DNA of 25,310 bases from a virus (Duplodnaviria > Caudoviricetes): positions 1 through 25,310 of IMG/VR virus record IMGVR_UViG_3300032092_000220. One strand, 5' to 3'. This document shows, one piece after another, positions 17,850-25,310 of this stretch. The notes under the pieces are model-generated. The model made no database searches. It worked only from the letters and a program-made list of their open reading frames with translations, and was not told where the DNA came from. The translations under genes and the position numbers were made by a program. Position 1 is the first letter of the stretch; each line of letters starts with the position of its first letter.

Positions 17850-19673
17850 ATGGCAAAGAACCTGTTCGGACTCGTCCACACTTTGCTGGACGATAGCGGA
17901 GCCTTGGAGCCTGGCGGAACGATTGAGGTCTATACCGCAGGCACCACAACGCCGCGCACGGTTTATTCAGATCGCGCCCTGACGACGACGGCGGGAACTT
18001 CGATTACAGCAGATGCGGCGGGCCGGTTTCCCGAGCGGTGGATAGAAGACAGCGTCATCATAAAACTGGTCTACAAGGACAGCGCTGGCGCGACACTCGC
18101 GACCCGAGATTATGCGAACGACGACGCAAGCGACCTGACGGACCCGGTCAACGCCACGGCCTACGGCTTCAAGGTCGGTGGCGGCAATGCGGACGCCACG
18201 GCCAACACGACGGCGCTACAGGCGGCGCTTGACGCTAACTACTGGGTTCAGCTTCCCGAGGGCACGGCGTACATCAACACCATCACGCACACGCGGTCCA
18301 ATCGCGTTTCTGGCGTCGGGCAGTCGGCAACCATCCTTGTGCGGGCCAACAGCACGAACGGACGCATCTTCTATTCGTCCGCGAAGAATGACCTCATCTA
18401 TGAAGACATGACGCTGGACGCCAACCGGGCGAACAATACCGGCGACGGGGCGCATGGCGGCATCCGTTTTGAGGGCTGCTCGCGCTGGATCTTGCGGCGC
18501 ATCAAGGCGACGGGCTGGCGTGGGACGTTCTCCGGCTCGCCTGTGGGCTCCGGCTTCTCGTCCGTCAGCGGCGGATCGCGTGGCGTGATCGAGCCCGGAT
18601 GCTGGTTCGATGACTGTTATGATGGCTACGTGATCAGCGGCCACACAGACGCGCGGGACTTCGGGTCGCGCCTGACCACCTGCACCCGTAACGGCGGGCT
18701 TGTCTCCAGCTCATCGCATCGCTTCGAGCATCACGGCGTCGAGGCGACCGGAAACTGCACCACTTACGCCGGCGCAGGTCTCCAGATCATCGATACCAAC
18801 GATGCCAAGGGATATGGCGGCTATTTCGTCAGCAACACGCTGGGCCACGGGCTCCAGCATAACGGCTCTGATCGTTGCGAGACGCACGGGGGCACGTTCA
18901 ACTCGAACGGTATTTCTGGTCTCGATTTCTTCGACTCCATCGACTGCAAGGTTTACGGTGGCTATGCCACGCTGAACGCGATCCGGGGCATCGAGATCGA
19001 CTCGGCGTCCAATGGCTGCGTCGTCACCGGCTTTCAGGCCGCGTCCAATACTGATGTTGATATCTCGATTTTCCGCACAGCCGACGTGCAGCTTATCGGC
19101 TGCGAGGGCAATGTGCGCGCGTGGGATGCGGCAGTCATCGCAACGGCGACCGTCTCGGCAGGCGGTACGGGTTACACGGTGGGCGACGTGCTTACGGTGT
19201 CGGGCGGGACCAGGGCCACGGCAGCGACGTTCACAGTCGCCACGCTTGGCGGCGGCGGCGCGGTTGCAACTGTCACGGTCTCCAATGGCGGCAATTACTG
19301 GACCTTCCCGACCGAGCCGGCGTCGGTGACGGGCGGGACGGGATCGGGCGCAACCTTCACCTTCACGGCGACGGCTGAAGCCTCCAGCACGAACGCGCGG
19401 TTCCAGATCATGGGCGGGCATCGCTCCGATACCATCCTGCTCGTGACGGACGCCTGCACCGAGGTCCGTCTTACGAACGTCAAGGCGACCACCATCACGG
19501 ACCAGAGCAACGAGATCGTTTCGGCCATCGGGTGCGACAACATCGAGACCATCTTCGCGCTGGCAGATGTGGCGAGTTATGCCGATCAGGCCGCAGCCGC
19601 GACGGGAATCACAGGTGTCGGAAGGCTGTGGAGGCAGGATTCGACCGGGCTTCTAGGCATCACTCTGACGTAG
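17850..19673 (+). CDS. Tailspike with N-terminal particle-binding domain and pectate-lyase-like beta-helix
   Basis: N-terminal GGTIEVYTAGTTTP...ADAAGR, then NATAYG...DATANTTALQAALD...LPEGT and repetitive N/G/C beta-helix rungs. Confidence 0.8.
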   Translation: MAKNLFGLVHTLLDDSGALEPGGTIEVYTAGTTTPRTVYSDRALTTTAGTSITADAAGRFPERWIEDSVIIKLVYKDSAGATLATRDYANDDASDLTDPVNATAYGFKVGGGNADATANTTALQAALDANYWVQLPEGTAYINTITHTRSNRVSGVGQSATILVRANSTNGRIFYSSAKNDLIYEDMTLDANRANNTGDGAHGGIRFEGCSRWILRRIKATGWRGTFSGSPVGSGFSSVSGGSRGVIEPGCWFDDCYDGYVISGHTDARDFGSRLTTCTRNGGLVSSSSHRFEHHGVEATGNCTTYAGAGLQIIDTNDAKGYGGYFVSNTLGHGLQHNGSDRCETHGGTFNSNGISGLDFFDSIDCKVYGGYATLNAIRGIEIDSASNGCVVTGFQAASNTDVDISIFRTADVQLIGCEGNVRAWDAAVIATATVSAGGTGYTVGDVLTVSGGTRATAATFTVATLGGGGAVATVTVSNGGNYWTFPTEPASVTGGTGSGATFTFTATAEASSTNARFQIMGGHRSDTILLVTDACTEVRLTNVKATTITDQSNEIVSAIGCDNIETIFALADVASYADQAAAATGITGVGRLWRQDSTGLLGITLT

Positions 19674-19685
19674 TAGAATCAGCCC

Positions 19686-20264
19686 ATGCTTGTGATGTAC
19701 GGCGCTTCAACCGTGTCTGGCTTCCAATCGACACGGGATATCCCCGATAGCTGCCGGGCGCCTCATACGCCTGTGAATGACATAACACTGGTGACGCTGG
19801 GGGATTGCGTGGCCGACCTTGGCGTGGATGTGCAGGTCTGCGCACAGCCTGGCCTTTCGTCCTATCAGTTGCTGGAATGGTTCGAGCGTGTTCCGCAATG
19901 GCATGGCGAGCCGACAATCCTGTGGGGAACGCGGAACGATTATCCCAACGAATGCCGCAGCCTCCTGCTCAACTATGAGCGCATGATCTCACAACTGACG
20001 GGGCCGTGGTGGATCTGCGGAATCCCGCTTCAGGACAGCGACCTTGAACAGCCGGAATGCATGTTCCAGCGCTGCAATGCTGAACTGAAAGCCTTCGCCG
20101 GATCGCGCTACATCGACCCGCTTCAGGCACTGGGCGGCGCACCCGTGCTTCCGTGGTACTGGCGTATCGACCGCGTTCATCCGACCTCAGAGGCTAACCG
20201 CCTCATCGCACGCTGGCTGATCGCCAACACCATAGGCGCAACGGCTCAAGCCAAAGCCGCCTGA
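19686..20264 (+). CDS. SGNH/GDSL-type esterase
   Basis: Block I YGAST, block II PGLSS, block III GTRND and block V DRVHP, in the right order and spacing. Confidence 0.75.
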   Translation: MLVMYGASTVSGFQSTRDIPDSCRAPHTPVNDITLVTLGDCVADLGVDVQVCAQPGLSSYQLLEWFERVPQWHGEPTILWGTRNDYPNECRSLLLNYERMISQLTGPWWICGIPLQDSDLEQPECMFQRCNAELKAFAGSRYIDPLQALGGAPVLPWYWRIDRVHPTSEANRLIARWLIANTIGATAQAKAA

Positions 20265-20281
20265 TCAAAGAGGAAATCGCA

Positions 20282-20998
20282 ATGCCTGCTTTTGCAGAGG
20301 ACGGCACGGTGACGTGCCCGTTCCCGGCCGCGTGGCTGGAGTTCTACAACGCCGACAAGGACAAGTGGACGGCGGTGGCCTACAGGACCGAAGAGTGTGG
20401 CGGTGGACGCGAGTTCTCACACGGCACGGTCGTCGCGGCTTTGCCGGACGGATCATTCCCGCCCGTCTTCCTGTGGGACAAGATCAATTATCGCGTGGTG
20501 GCCAAGGGCGCTGACGGGTCAGTGCTGGCGACGATTGAGCGCGTGGAACCGGGCTCGGAGTTTGTGGCCGAAGGCGCCGCGCCTGAGCCTGAGCCTGTAA
20601 GGCCGCAGCCTGTCGCGCCTGACCTGACGGCGGAACTTGCTGCCGAGGTCGAAGCCCTGCGCGCAGAGAATGCCGAGCTGAGGCGCGCAATGGCGGCTGT
20701 GGAAGAACCCCCGCCGCTGCTGCCTGAGCCTGACGCGCTGATGGCTGACTATGGCCCCGTAGGCGAGGAGGCCGACATCACGGGCGACATGCTGCTCGAT
20801 GCCTTCGAGGTGGACCCCACCGAAACGGCTGCCGTGGTCAGGACGCTGTCGGCCACGCGCCTGAAGCATCTGAGCGAACAGTTGAACGTCGAGCGCGCCC
20901 GGCTGGATCGGGAGCACCAGGCAACGGGCATCGCCAATCCGAGGTCCGCATCGATCGACCGTCTGCTGGGGCTGCTGACGCGACGCGGGGAAGTCTAA
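20282..20998 (+). CDS. Protein with a tailspike-like N-terminal domain and a short coiled coil
   Basis: SD GAGGA. The N-terminal ~90 aa resemble the N-terminus of 17850..19673, followed by a PEPEP linker and LAAEVEALRAENAELRR. Confidence 0.7.
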   Translation: MPAFAEDGTVTCPFPAAWLEFYNADKDKWTAVAYRTEECGGGREFSHGTVVAALPDGSFPPVFLWDKINYRVVAKGADGSVLATIERVEPGSEFVAEGAAPEPEPVRPQPVAPDLTAELAAEVEALRAENAELRRAMAAVEEPPPLLPEPDALMADYGPVGEEADITGDMLLDAFEVDPTETAAVVRTLSATRLKHLSEQLNVERARLDREHQATGIANPRSASIDRLLGLLTRRGEV

Positions 20999-21020
20999 CA
21001 CGTGAGGGGCTGGGCAGGGC

Positions 21021-21440
21021 ATGTCGGAACTATTGATCGCAGAGCACTTGGCGCAGTCGCGCAAGACTGCCGAGCACGAACAAATCAACCGCTTTGGTAC
21101 GCTTGAGAAACACCTTGCCGTTCTTCAGACGCGCTTTGAAGCGTGGGTGGAGCGCGCGGTTCAGGGTGAAGACCTCAAGGAGCTGAAGCGCGAAATGGAG
21201 TCGCAGATGAAAGACACTCTCGGAAGCCTGCAATCCTACGTCGTCACAGCAAACGATCAGCAGGCCAAAGATATTTTAGGTGAAGTGCGCAGCATGTTTG
21301 TCGCGCAAAAGAATGAACAAGTCGAAGACCAAAAGGCGTTTCGCCGGCAGATGTTTTTCATCGTCTTCTCGTCGGCGCTTGGCGTGATCTGCACGGTGCT
21401 GGGTGCGCTGGCAATCACCGGACTACTCGGGCGCGCGTAG
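21021..21440 (+). CDS. Coiled-coil protein with a C-terminal TM anchor (holin-like candidate)
   Basis: Helical charged body, then RRQ and about 25 hydrophobic residues at the C-terminus; first gene of the lysis-like cassette. Confidence 0.65.
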   Translation: MSELLIAEHLAQSRKTAEHEQINRFGTLEKHLAVLQTRFEAWVERAVQGEDLKELKREMESQMKDTLGSLQSYVVTANDQQAKDILGEVRSMFVAQKNEQVEDQKAFRRQMFFIVFSSALGVICTVLGALAITGLLGRA

Positions 21441-21461
21441 CGCAAGCAGAAAGGGCAGGGC

Positions 21462-22685
21462 ATGGGCCGCTTTTTGGATAAATTCTTAGAGTTCAAGAAT
21501 GAAGCCGACGCGACACGCAAGTTTGCGCTGTTCGCGGTGGTCATCATCACGCTTGGGCTTGCTTCGCTGTCCGTCACCGGCATCGTCGCAACGGCTCAGT
21601 GGACGTGGCTGAGCTTCCTGCCGATCATGGGCATGATCGTTGCTGTGCTCGGTGCGGAACTGCTCGCGACCGTCGCCTTTATCCGCATGCTCACCGCATC
21701 GACCACATGGCGGAAGGTGGCGGGCGCGTTCATCTTCGTTGGCCTTGCCGCTGTCGGCGTCCACAATGCGGAGAACGGGGCGAAGGTCGTCTGGCCGGAT
21801 CGCTTCGCGGAAAGCTCGGCCTCCCTCGCAGCCAAGGCTGCCCTTGCAGGCGAGGAAGCCGGGACGCTGGGCACAGCGCAGCAGGCGGCGATTCAGGGCA
21901 CCGGCGCAGAGCTGGAACGGGTCAGGACGCAGATAGCGGAACTGAAGACCGAACAGCAGATCATGGCCTCGATGTCCCCGGAGGGCATCTCCAAGGCGCA
22001 ATCGCTCCTCCTCGCCCAAGGGCTCTATTTCGGAAGCGTGGACGGCATCAGGCGAGACAAGACCGAAAGCGCGATGCGTGCGCGTGGTGAGGCGATCCAG
22101 GCCGAGCTTGCGACCCTCAAGGCGCGTGAGGACGGGCTGATGGCAGGGCAGGCGAGCCCCGTGCAGCAGGCGACGACTGATCGCAGGCTGTCAGAGATCG
22201 AACTGGCCGACAAAGCCTCACAAGCCTTCTGGGCATGGGTCTGGCTGATCTTCATGCTCTGCACGCTGGAAGCTGCCCGCTCGCTTAGCCTGTGGGCGTT
22301 GATTACTGATATCAGCGCAAACGATGCCAAGCGCGACCGGGAGCGCTCGGACGAGCTGGCCGAGCTGCGGCATCAGCAGGAAGTGGCGGCCATGCGTGCG
22401 GCGATGGCTACCGTAGCCGCTCCACAACCTGTTGAAAACACACCGCAATTAATCGACCCCCCAATTAGCGATAATCGAACCTCGATTCCGGAACCCGAGC
22501 CAGAGCCCGTACAGGAACCCCTGACGCTGGTTGATCCGCCAGAGCCGGAGATGACCCCGCAGCAGCGCAACGCGCGTCAGGGCGGGCTAGCCGCACAGCA
22601 TGAACGCCGGGCAGCAAAGACTGAGCGCCTGCTTGTGATTGGTCCTGTCTCAACCCTCGATCAAATGAAGGTTGCCGCAGAATGA
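21462..22685 (+). CDS. Four-TM membrane protein with coiled coil and a PG_binding_1-like domain
   Basis: Three N-terminal TMs, then a coiled coil interrupted by ISKAQSLLLAQGLYFGSVDGIRRDKTESAMR (~21981-22085), a fourth TM and a Pro/Glu-rich tail. Confidence 0.75.
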   Translation: MGRFLDKFLEFKNEADATRKFALFAVVIITLGLASLSVTGIVATAQWTWLSFLPIMGMIVAVLGAELLATVAFIRMLTASTTWRKVAGAFIFVGLAAVGVHNAENGAKVVWPDRFAESSASLAAKAALAGEEAGTLGTAQQAAIQGTGAELERVRTQIAELKTEQQIMASMSPEGISKAQSLLLAQGLYFGSVDGIRRDKTESAMRARGEAIQAELATLKAREDGLMAGQASPVQQATTDRRLSEIELADKASQAFWAWVWLIFMLCTLEAARSLSLWALITDISANDAKRDRERSDELAELRHQQEVAAMRAAMATVAAPQPVENTPQLIDPPISDNRTSIPEPEPEPVQEPLTLVDPPEPEMTPQQRNARQGGLAAQHERRAAKTERLLVIGPVSTLDQMKVAAE

Positions 22686-24223
22686 AAGTCCGTAAACTCG
22701 TAGGAATTGACCTCGGAAGTAGTAACAGCAGCGTATCGCACTGGACCCCCAGAGGGCCGGAAGTCATCAACGTGGACGGCTCGCCGCTCCTGCCCAGCGT
22801 CGTGACCATCGTCCCGGCTGATGCCGTGGCCAAGGGTGACAGCCAGATATTCGTCGGGTTGGACGGCATAGAAGCCGGCAAGCGCTATCGCGATTTCTGC
22901 TTCCGCCTGTTCAAGCGGCAACTGGCCGCTGCATGGCATGAGAACGAAGACACCGGCCACCAGACCGTCGAGGGCCGGGACGAGGAGACGAACGAGCCTA
23001 ACGGCGAGCTGCACTATCAGGGGCCAGACGGCTACACCTATTCACCGACCATGCTTTGCAGCGCGGTCATCTCAAAGCTGCTTGATGCCGCCACCATCAA
23101 GTTCAAAGGGGAGAGGCCAGACGCTGCGGTGATCTGCGTGCCTGCGACCTTCACCCATGACCAGCGCGCGGCCGTCGAAGAAGCCGGAAAGATGGCGGGC
23201 TTGAAGTACATCGAGCTGATGGACGAGCCGACCGCTGCGGCTGTCGCTTACGGCTATGATTTCAAAAAGGTGCGCCGCATTGCCGTTCTCGATGTCGGCG
23301 GCGGCACAACTGACGTGAGCATCATCCAGACCGGCGCAGGGCTCGTGACGGTATTGGGCACGGGCGGGTCCAGCATCACGGGCGGGTCTGACGTTGACGC
23401 CATGCTGGGCCGCTACATCGTCGGGGAGTGGGCCAAGTCCCACGAGGGCGTTGACCTCGCTGTGGACGATACGGCGATGACGCTGGTGCTTCAGGAATCG
23501 GAGGAGACGAAAAAGCGTCTTTCCCGGAAGCAGAAGACCGAGTTTCGGATCAAGGATTTCGATCGCACGCCGGGCGGGGAAGTCCTGCACATGGACCATG
23601 TGGTCGACCGTCCATTGCTGGAGCATCTCTCCAAGGAAATCCTCGCCCGAATGCGTCAGGCCTGCACCATCGCGATAGCCGAGGCGCAGCGCAAAGACCC
23701 CAAGTTCAGCGTGCGGGACCTCAATGACGTGGTGCTCGTCGGCGGCGGCACCCGGATGCCAGCCGTGCAAGCCCTTGCCGCGCAGGTCTTCGGGCAGGAG
23801 GCGAAAACAGACATTGACCCGGAGATTGCCGTTGTCCTTGGCGCCGCCATCAAGGCGGCAGTCATCGAGGGCCGGAAGTCTGACCTGACCGTGCAGGACA
23901 TCATCAGCTATTCGGTCGCCATCGAGGTCTATGACAAGGTGGAGGGCGTTGCCTCCGTCGTCATCCCCAAAGGCACGCCATATCCGAGCGAGAAGGAAGC
24001 GGCGTTTGTCCTGACGAACCGCGAGCCCGGCCAGACGGTCCTGCCCGTCCGCATCGTCACCGGAGACGAAAGCCGAGCGGCGCTGTGTGACCTGCTGCAC
24101 GCAATCGATGTGCCGCTTGAGCCGGGCGAGCCGCGTAGCGCGCGCGTGCCGTTCACGGTGGGGCTTAGCGACAGGGGCACTCCTTACGGGCGTGTTGGCG
24201 AAGTAGAGTGGGGCGAGGCGTGA
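22682..24223 (+). CDS. Hsp70/DnaK-family protein, divergent and C-terminally short
   Basis: VGIDLGSSNS, PSVV, AVICVPATF, DEPTAAAVAYG, DVGGGTTDVS, GGSDVD, VVLVGGGTRMPAVQ and AVVLGAAI, followed by a partial substrate-binding beta domain. Confidence 0.93.
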   Translation: MKVRKLVGIDLGSSNSSVSHWTPRGPEVINVDGSPLLPSVVTIVPADAVAKGDSQIFVGLDGIEAGKRYRDFCFRLFKRQLAAAWHENEDTGHQTVEGRDEETNEPNGELHYQGPDGYTYSPTMLCSAVISKLLDAATIKFKGERPDAAVICVPATFTHDQRAAVEEAGKMAGLKYIELMDEPTAAAVAYGYDFKKVRRIAVLDVGGGTTDVSIIQTGAGLVTVLGTGGSSITGGSDVDAMLGRYIVGEWAKSHEGVDLAVDDTAMTLVLQESEETKKRLSRKQKTEFRIKDFDRTPGGEVLHMDHVVDRPLLEHLSKEILARMRQACTIAIAEAQRKDPKFSVRDLNDVVLVGGGTRMPAVQALAAQVFGQEAKTDIDPEIAVVLGAAIKAAVIEGRKSDLTVQDIISYSVAIEVYDKVEGVASVVIPKGTPYPSEKEAAFVLTNREPGQTVLPVRIVTGDESRAALCDLLHAIDVPLEPGEPRSARVPFTVGLSDRGTPYGRVGEVEWGEA

Positions 24224-25310
24224 ACGATCATCTGTATGTCAACAATCACGGACTGCGGCTGATAACGCAGTTCGAGGGCGAACCGCGTCTCAAGGCCCGT
24301 CTGTGCGAAGGCGGCGCATGGGAGATGTCCTACGGGGTCACCTTCTATCCCGATGGCTCGCCGGTCAAAGAAGGCGATAGCTGCACCTATGACGAAGCGC
24401 TGGGCATGTTCCGCCATGCGCTTACCGTGTTCGAGGACCACGTCAAAAGGCTCGTGACGGTCCCGCTCAACTCGAACCAGTTCAGCGCACTCGTCAGCCT
24501 CTGCTACAATATCGGCCCCGACAATCTTGAGCGGTCGAGCGTGCTGCGCCACGTGAATGCGCGCCGCTTCGATGACGCCGCCGACGCGTTCGGGATGTGG
24601 CTTTATGCGACCCTCGGACAGCACAAGCAGGCGCTGCGGGGCTTGCTTCGCAGGCGCTATGCCGAAGCCGTCGTCTTCATGGGCTATGATTTCGAGGTCG
24701 CCTGCTCTGACGATGCCGTGGCTTTGGTCCGCGAGCGACCGCCCGGCGACATCGGGACCGACAAGGTGCTGTTCAAGACCCCGTTCCGCGACGTGCTCGT
24801 GGTGGCCCAGCGCTTTCCGCTCCCCGCCGATGACGAGCTTGTCCTCACTACTCCCGCTTCGCCGCGTGCCGCGGTTGAGGCGGCCCAGCGGCAGCAGCCT
24901 GACCCTGCCCGGTCCCCCGCCGCTGCCGCTGGCGCTGCCTCCCCCACTATTACCAAAACCGTCGCTGCGTCTCCGGCGACGGCCCCGGCGGCGAAGGCGG
25001 GCGTCCCTCCGTCTTCGCCGCCACCAGTTCCGGCTGTCATCACGCAGCCAGTCGGCACAAAGCCCAAGAGCCCGAACACGGTCGCGCCGGCCGAGGTGCC
25101 ATATCGCATCGACCCGCAAGCCGGATTAAAGCCGCTGGAGGAGAGCGACCGCGCCAAAGGGTACTGGTATCAGCAGGCCGGGATCGGGATGATCCGCCTC
25201 GGCTCGCTGGGCGTCTTCGGGACAACTGTGCAGGGCGGGGCGCAGGTGCTGCAAGGCGATCCGGTTCTCAGCAATCTTGTGCTCACGGGCGTCGTGGTCG
25301 GCGGCATCGC
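24220..25310 (+). CDS. GH24 (T4-like) lysozyme with Pro/Ala linker and hydrophobic C-terminal region; runs off the window
   Basis: Translated by hand from GTG 24220, which overlaps the Hsp70 TGA: GLRLITQFEG...YGVT...VPLNSNQFSALVSLCYNIG...SSVLRHVN...AADAFGMW...GLLRRRYAEAVVF. No stop occurs before the window end, so the ORF track misses it. Confidence 0.9.
   Translation, partial: MNDHLYVNNHGLRLITQFEGEPRLKARLCEGGAWEMSYGVTFYPDGSPVKEGDSCTYDEALGMFRHALTVFEDHVKRLVTVPLNSNQFSALVSLCYNIGPDNLERSSVLRHVNARRFDDAADAFGMWLYATLGQHKQALRGLLRRRYAEAVVFMGYDFEVACSDDAVALVRERPPGDIGTDKVLFKTPFRDVLVVAQRFPLPADDELVLTTPASPRAAVEAAQRQQPDPARSPAAAAGAASPTITKTVAASPATAPAAKAGVPPSSPPPVPAVITQPVGTKPKSPNTVAPAEVPYRIDPQAGLKPLEESDRAKGYWYQQAGIGMIRLGSLGVFGTTVQGGAQVLQGDPVLSNLVLTGVVVGGI

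Noticed and set aside
6371-21440. TAG stop-codon reassignment
   Set aside because: TAG ends genes at sensible positions (6373, 7174, 19673, 21440) and does not interrupt recognisable domains.
24184-25157. ORF-track calls 24184..25119 (-), 24557..25129 (+) and 24684..25157 (-)
   Set aside because: All overlap the GH24 lysozyme frame starting at 24220, which has clear family motifs.
1-25310. CRISPR array, tRNA, integrase/att site, transposase, reverse transcriptase/DGR, terminase, portal
   Set aside because: No supporting repeats or motifs were seen by eye. Terminase and portal probably lie outside the window, and free phage versus prophage cannot be decided here.

Overview
This is a 25 kb, GC-rich, densely coding, almost entirely + strand segment of a tailed phage or prophage with a podovirus-like (P22-style) virion module. 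The host is probably a Gram-negative Proteobacterium (inferred). Left to right: a Ser/Thr-rich protein, a GT-A glycosyltransferase and a SAM methyltransferase; a repeat protein; a GroES-like co-chaperonin; scaffold, capsid and accessory head genes; a head-tail adaptor; a GNAT; and three ejection proteins, the largest carrying an ADP-ribosyltransferase-like domain. A single reverse-strand membrane-protein moron follows, then a gp10-like tail hub, a needle-like protein, a beta-helix tailspike and an SGNH esterase. The most unusual part is the right end (21021-25310). It encodes a tail-anchored coiled-coil protein followed by three overlapping genes: a 4-TM protein with a peptidoglycan-binding domain, a lid-less Hsp70/DnaK homologue, and a GH24 lysozyme. 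The lysozyme is missing from the ORF track and has Glu at the position equivalent to T4 lysozyme Thr26. All calls come from motifs read by eye and from gene context; no database searches were run.
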